Source of the DNA: Candidatus Eiseniibacteriota bacterium
GTDB lineage: Bacteria > Eisenbacteria > RBG-16-71-46
Direction of reading: 5' to 3'
Length of the DNA stretch: 64,000 nt
Assembly: GCA_963744995.1 (NCBI GenBank)
Contig: CAVUWA010000001.1
Location: 160,001-224,000, forward strand
Shown: positions 19,171 to 29,231 of the stretch, one piece after another
Layout: the number at the start of each line of letters is the position of its first letter
Numbering within the stretch: position 1 is the first letter of the stretch
Notes under the pieces: model-generated
Told to the model about the DNA's origin: nothing
The model's input: the letters and a program-made list of their open reading frames with translations, nothing else
The model's database searches: none
Translations under genes and position numbers: made by a program

Positions 19171-20100
19171 TCACCGATACGCGACCTTCAGCCTCCCCCA
19201 GCTGGTCGGCAGCGCCGGCACCGGCAGTGAGCTGAGGCGCATCGTGGCGATGCTCTGCGGCTGTCCGATCTGTCCGACGCCGCATGATCCGGTCGCTTCG
19301 GCGTACAAGATGAACTGCTCGAAGCTCTCCACGGGTCCGACGTCGGGCGCGTAGCGCACGTAGCCTTGGGTCTCTGCGCGGAACGTCCCCAGCGGGTTTC
19401 CCGACGGGTCGGTGCATTCGCTCATCCCGTAGTCGATCAGGTAGTCCACGCGTACGCAGCCGGGGAACGTCCCCGCGGGCACGACGGCCGGCTCGACCGC
19501 TGCGATCGTGCCGTGCAGGAACACGTCGCTCGCGAGGTCGGGAACCAGCTGCAGCGTGAAGGTGTTCCCGATCGTGAGATTCGAAACGAGCCACTGCCAG
19601 GAACGGGTGTTCGCGGCGTTGCAGCGCCACGCCGACACGTCGCTCGCGGTCCTGAGCCAGGCGAACTCGCCGCCCAGCAGCAGCGCATAGCCGCCCGCCG
19701 GATGCGTGTCCGGGCAGGGCGCATCCGCGGCGGCCTGCTCGATCCGCGCGCGCAGATCGGGACGTGCGATCCACACCGCGCGCATCAGCGGATCGGGAAC
19801 CGCCACGACGAGCGCCGCGTCGGCGAGCATCGTCCCGGCGCTCGGTCCTCCCACCAGCTCCTGGCGCAGGTACTGGGCCGCGATTCCGCCGGCCGCCGTC
19901 GTGGTGCCGTCGAAGAACACGCGCAGCTGATTGTCGATGACCTGCGCGTTGAAATCGTACGACTCGTAGTGCTGTTCGTAGCTCCAGCTGAGCCCGTCGG
20001 TGTTCGGCCAGAGCTGATCCATGGTCGCGGGCTGCGCAACGGCCGGGGCGGCGAGGAACAGAGCGGCGAAGGCGAGCAGAGGCGTGGCTCGGATGACCAT
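19171..20100 (-). CDS. Secreted hypothetical protein with a C-terminal WGxLKxxYR tail
   Basis: GAGG RBS, signal peptide; VVPAGTFPGCVRV..YAPDVGPV; ends PVPALPTSWGRLKVAYR. Confidence 0.75.
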   Translation of the reverse strand: MVIRATPLLAFAALFLAAPAVAQPATMDQLWPNTDGLSWSYEQHYESYDFNAQVIDNQLRVFFDGTTTAAGGIAAQYLRQELVGGPSAGTMLADAALVVAVPDPLMRAVWIARPDLRARIEQAAADAPCPDTHPAGGYALLLGGEFAWLRTASDVSAWRCNAANTRSWQWLVSNLTIGNTFTLQLVPDLASDVFLHGTIAAVEPAVVPAGTFPGCVRVDYLIDYGMSECTDPSGNPLGTFRAETQGYVRYAPDVGPVESFEQFILYAEATGSCGVGQIGQPQSIATMRLSSLPVPALPTSWGRLKVAYR

Positions 20101-20354
20101 GGCGGCACCTCGCGACATCGGGGTCCTGCGGGCAGGTGCGTCGAGCCTAGCACCTTCGTTTGCCGCTCCGAACGGATTTCCCGAGGCTCGGCAAGGCGAC
20201 GTGTGGGGCCGAAGCTGCCCGTGACTCGGTCGACCTCGTGACCCGCCGGAGAGCGGCCGCATCGCTTCGCCTTGGCTCGGCGGACGCTGGCCGCGCGCTC
20301 CGCGTCGGCGAACGCCGCTTGATGCACTCGTCTGCCCCCCACTAGATTGCCGGG

Positions 20355-21071
20355 ATGGACTCCCTTGCCCACCTCGTCGCGGTCGGCGCGTGCCTGGTGA
20401 TCGGCAGCGCCGTGCAGGCGTCCTGCGGCCTCGGCCTCGGCCTGGTGGCGATCCCGGGACTGATCTTCCTCGAGCCCCGGATGGTGCCGGGCCCGCTGCT
20501 CGCCTCCTCGCTGCTGCTCTCTTCGCTGGTGCTCCGCAAGGAATGGGGCTCCGCCGACTGGCACGGCCTCCAATGGGCGCTGGTCGGCCGCGGCGTTGGA
20601 ACGGCGGCGGCCGTCGCAGTGCTCCCGCTGCTGCCGGGACACCACATGGGAAAGATCCTGGGCGGCCTGCTGCTGGTGGGCGTGCTGCTCACGGCGCAGA
20701 ACCGGCTGGTTCTGAAGCCGTCTCCCCGGACGCTGTCGCTCGCCGGGGTCGTCTCCGGTGTGATGGGCACCACGGCCGCCGTGGGCGGGCCCGCCATGGG
20801 GCTCGTCTACAGCGGCGCGGACATGGCCCGCCTGCGCTCCACGCTCGCGGCGTTCTTCATCGTGGGCACCATCGTCTCGCTGATCGCGCTGCGCGTGACC
20901 GGCCACTTCGGCCGGACCGAGCTGCACCTGACGGCCGTGGGGATTCCCTCCGTCGTGATCGGCTGGTTCCTCGGGCGGGCGATCCGCGACGTCGTGCCGG
21001 CGATCGCGCTCAGGCGCGGCGTGCTGCTGCTGGCCGCGGCGGGCGGAGTCGTCGCGCTGATCCGGGGGTGA
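20355..21071 (+). CDS. TauE/SafE (TSUP) sulfite exporter family
   Basis: VQASCGLGLGLV, AGVVSGVMGTTAAVGGP, multiple TM helices. Confidence 0.85.
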   Translation: MDSLAHLVAVGACLVIGSAVQASCGLGLGLVAIPGLIFLEPRMVPGPLLASSLLLSSLVLRKEWGSADWHGLQWALVGRGVGTAAAVAVLPLLPGHHMGKILGGLLLVGVLLTAQNRLVLKPSPRTLSLAGVVSGVMGTTAAVGGPAMGLVYSGADMARLRSTLAAFFIVGTIVSLIALRVTGHFGRTELHLTAVGIPSVVIGWFLGRAIRDVVPAIALRRGVLLLAAAGGVVALIRG

Positions 21072-21224
21072 AAGCAGCCCCGCAGGGGTTTGCGGCGGGG
21101 CGCCCGGGCACGGCCCGCCCGCTGTTACAATCGCCCTCGGCGCGGCTCCGGTCGTCGGTCGGGATCCCGCGCGAGATCGCGCAGGCGTTCATCTGCGTTC
21201 ATCCGGCTCCACCGAAGGACACCC

Positions 21225-22970
21225 ATGACTCCCAACCCGCTCGAGCTTTCCTACCTCCGCCAGCAGATCGTCGGGATCGACGCCACGTTCGCCACGCCGT
21301 TCGGCGAGCGGCTGATGGTGTACTGCGACTACACGGCGTCGGGCCGCTGTCTGCGCTTCGTCGAGTCGTACCTGCAGAGCATCCAGCGCGTCTACGCCAA
21401 CACGCACACCGAGGACGACGTCACCGGGCGCAGCATGACCCGCCTGCTGCACGCGGCCGAAAGCGCGATCAAGCGCTCGGTGAACGCCGGCCCGCACGGC
21501 CGGATCGTCGCCTGCGGCACCGGCGCGACCGGCGCGATCGACAAGCTGCAGCAGATCATCGGCGTCGCGCTCGCGCCCGCAACGCGGCAGAATATCCTCG
21601 ACATCGTCGATCACTCCGATCTGGACGGGGCGGCGTTCCGCAGGGCGCTCGACGAGCGACGCCCGGTCGTCTTCGTCGGTCCCTACGAGCATCACTCGAA
21701 CGAGCTGTCGTGGCGCGAGTCGCTGGCCGAGTCCATCGAGGTGCGGCTCGATGCGAACGGCCACATCGACCTGGACTACCTCGAAGCGCTGCTCCAGGAG
21801 CCGGCGTACCGGAACCGCCTGCGCATCGGCTCGTTCTCGGCGGCCTCGAACGTGACCGGCCTGCTTACCGACGTGCGCCGGGTGACCATGCTCCTCCACC
21901 GTTACGGTGCGCTCGCCTGCTTCGACTACGCCGCGTGCGCGCCGTACGTGAAGATCGACATGAACCCCGCGCCGCAGGCGGAAGGCGAGGATCCCTCGAT
22001 CGACGCGATCTTCGTCTCGCCGCACAAGTTCCTCGGCGGCCCCGGCGCGAGCGGCGTGCTGGTCTTCAACGAACGCATCTATCACCGCGAGCTGCCGCCG
22101 AGCGTGAGCGCGGGCGGCACGGTGGACTACGTCGGCATGACCGATCAGGACTACGTCGCCGACATCGAGGAACGCGAGAAGGCCGGCACGCCGGGCGTGC
22201 TGCAGACCATGAAGGCGGGGCTGGTGTTCGAGGTCAAGGACCGCGTCGGCGCCGATGTGATCTGCAGGCGCGAACACGAGCTGACCGCGCGCGCCATGGC
22301 GCGCTGGGGCGCCGATCCCGGCATCGAGATCCTGGGCGATCCGGATCCTTCGCATCGCGTCGGGATCATCTCGTTCAACGTCAAACATCCGAACGGGAGC
22401 TACCTGCACCACAAGTTCGTGACCGCGCTGCTCAACGACCTGTTCGGCATCCAGTCGCGCGCCGGCTGCTCGTGCGCCGGCCCCTACGGCCACCGCTTGC
22501 TGGGGATCGACCACGAGACCTCCGAGCGCTACCGCGAGGTCGTGCAGCACGGCCACTGCGGCATGAAGCCCGGCTGGTGCCGCATCGGTCTGCACTGGGT
22601 GATGGACGACGCCGAGGCGGACTACGTCATCGAGGCGGTGCGGTTCATCGCCGGCCACGGTCACGCGTTCCTGCCACTCTACGAATTCGACCTCGCGAGC
22701 GGCACCTGGTCCCACAGGGACGACCCGGTCGAGCTGCCGCAGTGGTCGCTGGACGATGCGCTGCGCGGCGGCAACACGGAGCCATCGTGTCTGTCGCTGG
22801 CCGAGCGCACCCAGTTCTACGAACACTGCATGAACGAAGCGAAGCGCTGGGCGCGGCGTCTCGAAGCCGGGCCCGCCGAGACGCCGGCGTCGCTCGACCG
22901 CGAACTGGGCGAACTGCAGTTCTTTGCACTCCCGGCCCGCCCCACCGGGCGGGAGCCGGCCGGGCGCTAG
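21225..22970 (+). CDS. Class V PLP-dependent aminotransferase (cysteine desulfurase-like)
   Basis: YCDYTASG, YANTHT, EHHSNELSW, SAASNVTG, SPHKFLGGPG, AGTP, RAGCSCAGPYG. Confidence 0.88.
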   Translation: MTPNPLELSYLRQQIVGIDATFATPFGERLMVYCDYTASGRCLRFVESYLQSIQRVYANTHTEDDVTGRSMTRLLHAAESAIKRSVNAGPHGRIVACGTGATGAIDKLQQIIGVALAPATRQNILDIVDHSDLDGAAFRRALDERRPVVFVGPYEHHSNELSWRESLAESIEVRLDANGHIDLDYLEALLQEPAYRNRLRIGSFSAASNVTGLLTDVRRVTMLLHRYGALACFDYAACAPYVKIDMNPAPQAEGEDPSIDAIFVSPHKFLGGPGASGVLVFNERIYHRELPPSVSAGGTVDYVGMTDQDYVADIEEREKAGTPGVLQTMKAGLVFEVKDRVGADVICRREHELTARAMARWGADPGIEILGDPDPSHRVGIISFNVKHPNGSYLHHKFVTALLNDLFGIQSRAGCSCAGPYGHRLLGIDHETSERYREVVQHGHCGMKPGWCRIGLHWVMDDAEADYVIEAVRFIAGHGHAFLPLYEFDLASGTWSHRDDPVELPQWSLDDALRGGNTEPSCLSLAERTQFYEHCMNEAKRWARRLEAGPAETPASLDRELGELQFFALPARPTGREPAGR

Positions 22971-23123
22971 AGGGACGCTCCCCGGGCCGCGAAAGGCGCG
23001 GCCCCGGGGTCGGACGCGATCCGTTTCGTCCCCATGGGAACCTTGTGGACGTTCTGCCCGTAAACTGACGGTCAGGGGGGCATACGCCCCTCACCCGGAA
23101 CCCCCGATGGAGCGTGCGCAATC

Positions 23124-24386
23124 ATGAAGAAGAAGACCGTCCTGCTCGCCGGCGCCGCGGTCGTGGTCATCGCGGTGATCGTCGGCTTCGTCGCGATGCG
23201 CAGCCGCGGAAGCGGGCCCCTCGAAGTGCAGACGGCGAAAGTCTCGCGGCAGCGGATCGTGCAGAAGGTCAGCGCCACCGGGAAGATCCAGCCCAGGACG
23301 AAGGTGGAGATCAGCGCCGACGTGAGCGCGAAGATCATCCAGCTCCCGGTCGTCGAGGGCCAGACCGTCGCCAAAGGCACATTCCTGGTCGGCCTCGATC
23401 GGGACCGTTACGTGGCCGCGGTCGAGAGCGCCGAGGCCAACGTCGGTTCGGCCGAGGCGAATGCCACGCTGGTGCGCCAGAACATGATCCGGCTCGAAAA
23501 GGAATACGAGCGCTCGAAGGAGCTGCTGGCCGGGGGACTGGAGTCGCAGGCCACCTACGAAGCCAGGCAGGCCGAGTACCAGGTCGAGGCGGCGCGTCAC
23601 AAGTCGGCGCTGAACCAGGTGGAGCAGGCGAAGGCCGCGTTGCGGCAGGCGCGCACCGACCTGTCGAAAACGACGATCTACTCTCCCATGGCCGGCACGA
23701 TCAGCGCCCTCAACAAAGAGCAGGGCGAGATCGCGCTGGGTTCCCAGTTCCAGAAGGACGTGATCCTCGTCGTCGCGGACCTGAGCGAGATGGAAGCGGA
23801 GGTCAACGTCGACGAGAACGACATCACCTCCATCGCCGTCGGGCAGGACGTCGAGATCGAAGTCGACGCGATGCTCGATGTGCCGCTGAAGGGCGTGGTG
23901 TCCGAGATCTCGAGCAGCGCGAACACGTCGGGTGCCGGCACGTCGGATCAGAAGACCGAGTTCATGATCAAGGTCGGCATCATCGACCCGCCGAAGACGC
24001 TGCGACCCGGGATGACGGCCAGCGCGGAGATCGTCACGCAGACCAACGACGACGCACTGAGCGTGCCGTTGCAGAGCGTCGCCGTCCGCGCGCTGGACCA
24101 GCTCAGGAGGAAGGGCGAGCCGCAGGCCGACGTCGAGAAGCGCTACAGGCCCGACCGCGACGGGTTCGTCGAGATCGTGTTCGCCATCGACAAGGGCCGG
24201 GCGATCGCGAAACAGGTCGAGACCGGCATCCAGAGCGACGAACTGATCGAGATCCTGTCGGGCCTCGCGGAGGGCGACGAGATCGTCACCGGCAGCTACC
24301 GGGCCATTTCCAAGGATCTCGAAAACGGCGCGGCGATCACCATCAACCAGAACCCCAGGGAGCCGGCCGCGGCCACCGGGTCATGA
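23124..24386 (+). CDS. MacA-like periplasmic adaptor (membrane fusion protein)
   Basis: N-terminal TM, SATGKIQP, coiled hairpin, TIYSPMAG, VDENDI, LRPGMTA, EILSGL. Confidence 0.9.
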   Translation: MKKKTVLLAGAAVVVIAVIVGFVAMRSRGSGPLEVQTAKVSRQRIVQKVSATGKIQPRTKVEISADVSAKIIQLPVVEGQTVAKGTFLVGLDRDRYVAAVESAEANVGSAEANATLVRQNMIRLEKEYERSKELLAGGLESQATYEARQAEYQVEAARHKSALNQVEQAKAALRQARTDLSKTTIYSPMAGTISALNKEQGEIALGSQFQKDVILVVADLSEMEAEVNVDENDITSIAVGQDVEIEVDAMLDVPLKGVVSEISSSANTSGAGTSDQKTEFMIKVGIIDPPKTLRPGMTASAEIVTQTNDDALSVPLQSVAVRALDQLRRKGEPQADVEKRYRPDRDGFVEIVFAIDKGRAIAKQVETGIQSDELIEILSGLAEGDEIVTGSYRAISKDLENGAAITINQNPREPAAATGS

Positions 24387-24405
24387 GTAGGACGCGCACG
24401 ACGCC

Positions 24406-25644
24406 ATGAAGCTGACGATCGATCTCGGCGAGTCGTTTCGCATCGCGGTGGGCGCCCTGCGCGGCAATCTCGCCCGCGGGGTGCTGACGACGCTGGGCAT
24501 CATCATCGGCATCGTGGCGGTCGTCACCACCATGACCGCGGCGAACGGGCTGTACAACCGGTTCCGCGAGAGCTTCTCCGCGGTCGGCGCGGACGTGATC
24601 TACGTTTCGCGCATGCCCTGGGTGGTCATGAACGATTTCTTCCAGTTTCGGAACCGGCCTTTCATCGATCTGCGCGAGGCGCGGGCGCTCGAGCGGAAGC
24701 TGCGCGGGCGGGCCATCGTCAATCCATCGCTCAATGGCCGGCAGGACGTGCAGTACCGTTCCGAATCGATGGACGGCGTCACGGTGCTCGGCACCACCGA
24801 GAAGCAGACCCTGCTGTCCAGCGCGCAGCCGCAGATCGGACGGTTTCTGCTGTCCTTCGACGTCCACCGCAAGCGCAACGTGTGCGTGATCGGCAGCGAC
24901 GTTCAGGAGGGGCTGTTCGGCGCGGTCGACCCGCTGAACAAGTCGATCAAGATCGGGCGGACGTCGTTCCGCATCATCGGCGTCATGGAGAAGCAGGGCG
25001 GCAGCTTCCTCGGCGGACCCAACTTCGACCGCCAGGTCTTCATTCCGATCACTTCCTACGTCAAGGCATTCGGCGGCGACCGGCGACGCCAGGACGTCAA
25101 CATCGCGGTCAAGGCCCCCTCGAAGGAAGCCCTGGCGGATCTCGAGTACGAGGTGATCGGCAAGATGCGCTCGATCCGCGGGCTCAGGCCCGCCGCGCCG
25201 GACGACTTCTCGATCAACAAGCTCGACACCCTGGTGGGCAGCTTCAACAGCGTCATGGGCGTGGTGCTGCTGGTGGGGCTGCTGGTGACCGGGATCTCGC
25301 TGTTCGTGGGCGCCGTGGGCGTGATGAACATCATGTTCGTCTCCGTCACCGAGCGCACCCGCGAAATCGGGATCCGCAAGGCGATCGGCGCGACGCGACG
25401 CAGCATCCTGCTCCAGTTCCTGATGGAATCGATCACCATCTGCCTGCTCGGTGGCGCGGTCGGAATCCTGCTGGCATCGATCGTCACCGCCGTCATCAAT
25501 GCCGTGCTGATGCCGGCGAGCGTGTCGATACCGATCCTGGTCGTCGCCGTGCTGGTGTCGGTCGGCGTGGGCGTCTGCGCCGGGATCGTGCCGGCCTTCC
25601 GCGGAGCCAGACTCGACCCGGTCGATTCGCTCCGCTACGAGTGA
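24406..25644 (+). CDS. MacB/FtsX-type ABC transporter permease
   Basis: LTTLGIIIGI; VGVMNIMFVSVTERTREIGIRKAIGA; ends LDPVDSLRYE. Confidence 0.92.
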   Translation: MKLTIDLGESFRIAVGALRGNLARGVLTTLGIIIGIVAVVTTMTAANGLYNRFRESFSAVGADVIYVSRMPWVVMNDFFQFRNRPFIDLREARALERKLRGRAIVNPSLNGRQDVQYRSESMDGVTVLGTTEKQTLLSSAQPQIGRFLLSFDVHRKRNVCVIGSDVQEGLFGAVDPLNKSIKIGRTSFRIIGVMEKQGGSFLGGPNFDRQVFIPITSYVKAFGGDRRRQDVNIAVKAPSKEALADLEYEVIGKMRSIRGLRPAAPDDFSINKLDTLVGSFNSVMGVVLLVGLLVTGISLFVGAVGVMNIMFVSVTERTREIGIRKAIGATRRSILLQFLMESITICLLGGAVGILLASIVTAVINAVLMPASVSIPILVVAVLVSVGVGVCAGIVPAFRGARLDPVDSLRYE

Positions 25645-25667
25645 GCCGATGACTGCGAGGCGCCGTC

Positions 25668-26915
25668 ATGAACGTCCGTGAAGCGCTGGCGATGGCCCTG
25701 GGCGCGGTGCTCGCCAACAAGCTGCGTTCCGCGCTGACGCTCGTGGGGATCGTCGCCGGGGTGGCGTCGATCATCGCGGTGATGACGGCGATCTCCGTGG
25801 TGCAGGCGACGCTGGAACGGGAGATGAGCGTCCTCGGCTCGCAGACCTTCCAGGTCCAGAAGTGGCCGGCGGGCGGCTTCAACTCCGATGCCGAGCGGCG
25901 CCGGGCCATGCGACGCCCGCCGCTCACCCTGGAGAACGCCGCCGCGATCCGCGAAGACGTGAAGGCCGTGAGCCTCGTCGGATCCGAGATCTGGGACTTC
26001 GGGTTCATCGCCTCGTACCGTGGCGAGACCACGAATCCGAATCTGTCCATCTGCGGCGGCACGCCCGAGTACCCGGCGAACAACACGCACTACATCGGTC
26101 TGGGCAGGAACCTGTCACAGATCGACGTCAAGAGCGGGAACCGCGTCGCGGTCATCGGCTACGCCATCGGTCGCAAGCTGTTTCCCTTCACCGATCCGAT
26201 CGGGCGCGAGATCCGCGTGGACGGACGCGAGTACCGTGTCATCGGGGTCTTCGACGAGAAGAAGTCGGCGTTCGGCGGCCACTTCGACAACTACGTCCTC
26301 ATCCCGGTCTCGACGTTCCTGAACATCTATGGCCCGGTGGATCGCCAGGGCAACCTGCGCTCGGTGAACATCACGGTCCGGGCGAAGACCCCGGCACTCA
26401 TGCAGGAGGCGATCGCCGAGACGCGGCAAGTCCTGCGCCGCGACCGGGGTCTGAAGCCGGGCGAGCCCGACAACTTCGACCTCTACAGCAGCGAAAGCCT
26501 GATCACCCAGTTCAACCGGATGAGCGGCGGCGTGAAGCTAGCGGCGTTCGTGATCGGGATCATCGCCCTGGTCGTCGCCGGCATCGGGATCATGAACATC
26601 ATGCTGGTGGCCGTCACCGAGCGAACCCGCGAGATCGGCATCCGCAAGGCGCTGGGCGCGCCGCGCCGGAGCATCATGATGCAGTTCCTGCTGGAGGCCG
26701 TGATCCTCTGCAACATCGGTGGCGTGGCCGGTGTCATGGTCGGCTTCGGGCTGGGCAATCTGGTCTCGGTGTTCGCGCACTTCGACGCCCGCGTGCCGCT
26801 GGAGTGGGCGGTCATCGGACTGTTGTTCTGCTCCATGGTGGGAATCGGCTTCGGCCTGCTGCCCGCCATCCGCGCCTCGCGACTCGACCCGATCGACGCC
26901 CTGCGCTACGAATAG
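25668..26915 (+). CDS. MacB/FtsX-type ABC transporter permease
   Basis: NKLRSALTLVGI; GIGIMNIMLVAVTERTREIGIRKALGA; ends LDPIDALRYE. Confidence 0.92.
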   Translation: MNVREALAMALGAVLANKLRSALTLVGIVAGVASIIAVMTAISVVQATLEREMSVLGSQTFQVQKWPAGGFNSDAERRRAMRRPPLTLENAAAIREDVKAVSLVGSEIWDFGFIASYRGETTNPNLSICGGTPEYPANNTHYIGLGRNLSQIDVKSGNRVAVIGYAIGRKLFPFTDPIGREIRVDGREYRVIGVFDEKKSAFGGHFDNYVLIPVSTFLNIYGPVDRQGNLRSVNITVRAKTPALMQEAIAETRQVLRRDRGLKPGEPDNFDLYSSESLITQFNRMSGGVKLAAFVIGIIALVVAGIGIMNIMLVAVTERTREIGIRKALGAPRRSIMMQFLLEAVILCNIGGVAGVMVGFGLGNLVSVFAHFDARVPLEWAVIGLLFCSMVGIGFGLLPAIRASRLDPIDALRYE

Positions 26916-27077
26916 CGGGGCGAGTCACCGCCCACAGGGCACGCGCGCGCCGGGCGTCCTCCCGACTGGAGCCGGGCCCCGCCGAGTCGTACAATCCGCC
27001 GCGCTCGCCCCACTCTCCGCAGGCCGAGTCCGTTCCATCAGACGATCCACGATTCCCTTCTTTCAGGAGCCCTGCAC

Positions 27078-29036
27078 ATGCCGAGCGCCGCCGAGCAACC
27101 CCGTGCCGGATCCACGCCGTCCCACCCTGCCGGATCCGGCGACCCCTACGCCGAATACGAGTTGCCGGTCGAGGGATTCGAGGGCAGCCCGGACGAGATC
27201 GAGACGCAGTGGTTCGAGCAGTGCTACGTCGGGCGCGGCGACACGATCCCGCAGCTCACCTGGCGCGCGGTCATCATGGGTTCGCTGCTCGGCGGCATCC
27301 TGTCGCTCACCAACCTCTACATCGGGCTCAAGGCGGGCTGGGGCTTCGGCGTCGCGATCACCGCGTGCATCCTGTCCTACGCGATCTGGACCGGGATCCA
27401 TCGGGTCGGGCTCGCGAAGACGAAGATGACGATTCTCGAGAACAACTGCATGCAGTCGACGGCCAGCTCGGCGGGCTACTCGACCGGCGGCACGCTGGTC
27501 TCGGCCTTCGCAGCCTACATCATGATCAACAACCAGACGCTGCCGTTCCCGCTGATGATCGGCTGGGTGTTCTTCCTCGCCGTGCTCGGCGTGACCATGG
27601 CGATCCCGATGAAGCGGCAGATGATCAACACCGAGCAGCTGCGCTTTCCGAGCGGCATCGCCGCTGCGGAAACCCTGCGCGCGCTGCACGCGACCGGCGA
27701 GAAGGGTGCCCGCGCCGCCCGCGCGCTCGGGATCTTCGGCGGCCTCACGATGCTCAGCCAGTTCTGGAGCGACGGCCTGCGCCTCATCAACACGAGGCTC
27801 GAGGCGTTCCAGATCTCCACCTGGGTGAACCTGATGAACGAGAGGTTCTTCGGCCAGGTCTGGATGGGCCGCACCGTCATGTTCATCTGGGATCCCATCT
27901 TCATCGCCGCCGGCATGATCGTCGGCATGCGTGTGAACCTCAGCATCATGATCGGCTCGGTCACCTGCTGGATGATCTTCGTTCCCTGGCTCCAGAGCCA
28001 CATCCCCGAGGCGGCGAACCTCACGGGCTATCGCGACCTGGTGCAGTGGACGCTGTGGGGCGGCGTGGCCTGCATGGTGACGTCCTCGATCCTGGCGGTC
28101 TTCCTGCAGTGGCGCAGCGCACTGCGCGCATTCGCCAGCATCGGCGCGATGTTCCGTGGCGCCACGAAGCAGTCGGACAACCCGGTGGACGCCATCGAAG
28201 CGCCGATCTCGTGGTTCCTCTGGGGGCAGCTGATCTCGCTGATCGCGCTCGGCTGGCTCGCGCACGTCACCTTCGGGATGCCGTGGTGGCAGAGTGTGCT
28301 GGCCGTGGCGCTGTCGTTCGCGCTGGCGCTGGTGGCGTGCCGGGTGACCGGTGAGACCGACACCACCCCGGTCGGACCGATGGGCAAGATCATGCAGCTC
28401 GTCTTCGGCGTGCTCTCGCCCGGCAACATGAACATCAATCTGATGAGCGCCAACATCACGGCGGGCGCGGCCACCTCATCGGCCGATCTGCTCACCGACT
28501 TGAAGAGCGGCTACCTGCTGGGCGCCCACCCGACCAAGCAGTTCCTCGCCCAGTTCGCCGGCATCTTCATCGGCACGCTGGTCACGGTCAGCGCGTTCGG
28601 CGTGCTGGTGCCGAACGCCGCCGCGCTCGGCTCCGATCAGTTCCCGGCGCCTGCGGCGCAGGCCTGGAAGGGCGTCGCCGAGGCGATGGCGCTCGGCATC
28701 TCGCACCTGCACCCGCTCAAGGTGTGGTCCATGGTGATCGGCGGCCTGATCGGGATCGTGCTGATCCTGCTGCCGCGGTTCTTCCCGAAGAAGGCGCACT
28801 GGATGCCGTCACCCGCCGGGCTCGGGCTGGCCTGGACCTTCCACTGGTTCTACGGCCTGCTGTTCTTCACCGGCGGCATCGTCGGCGCGATCTGGCAGCG
28901 GCGCAACCGCGCGCAGTCCGAGGAGTTCCTGTTCCCGGTCGCGTCCGGCGTGATCGCAGGCGGCGCGCTCATGGGCGTGGCGCTGATCTTCATCGAGAAC
29001 GGGCCGGAGATGATCCGCAGGTTCCTGGGCGGCTGA
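27078..29036 (+). CDS. OPT-family oligopeptide transporter
   Basis: QLTWRAV, NLYIGLKAGW, ENNCMQSTASS, LRFPSG, GETDTTP, DLKSGYLLGA, FPAPAA. Confidence 0.9.
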   Translation: MPSAAEQPRAGSTPSHPAGSGDPYAEYELPVEGFEGSPDEIETQWFEQCYVGRGDTIPQLTWRAVIMGSLLGGILSLTNLYIGLKAGWGFGVAITACILSYAIWTGIHRVGLAKTKMTILENNCMQSTASSAGYSTGGTLVSAFAAYIMINNQTLPFPLMIGWVFFLAVLGVTMAIPMKRQMINTEQLRFPSGIAAAETLRALHATGEKGARAARALGIFGGLTMLSQFWSDGLRLINTRLEAFQISTWVNLMNERFFGQVWMGRTVMFIWDPIFIAAGMIVGMRVNLSIMIGSVTCWMIFVPWLQSHIPEAANLTGYRDLVQWTLWGGVACMVTSSILAVFLQWRSALRAFASIGAMFRGATKQSDNPVDAIEAPISWFLWGQLISLIALGWLAHVTFGMPWWQSVLAVALSFALALVACRVTGETDTTPVGPMGKIMQLVFGVLSPGNMNINLMSANITAGAATSSADLLTDLKSGYLLGAHPTKQFLAQFAGIFIGTLVTVSAFGVLVPNAAALGSDQFPAPAAQAWKGVAEAMALGISHLHPLKVWSMVIGGLIGIVLILLPRFFPKKAHWMPSPAGLGLAWTFHWFYGLLFFTGGIVGAIWQRRNRAQSEEFLFPVASGVIAGGALMGVALIFIENGPEMIRRFLGG

Positions 29037-29231
29037 GGATGCCGCGCTCCCGCGGGGTCCCCTGGGGGTTCCCGCGGTAGAGACGGGCCGGGATGCCCCG
29101 TGCCCGGGGGCGCGGCGTCCCGGCCATCTTCGACGTCGTCACGCGACGGCCGCAGTGCTAGCCTCGTCGCGGCGAAGCCTTGGGCTTCGCCGTTGGCATC
29201 TCAGGCCCCGCACCCTCTTCCGGAGCGTTCC

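Noticed and set aside
20120..20330. Possible riboswitch upstream of 19171-20100
   Set aside because: Only generic GC hairpins; no recognisable aptamer consensus
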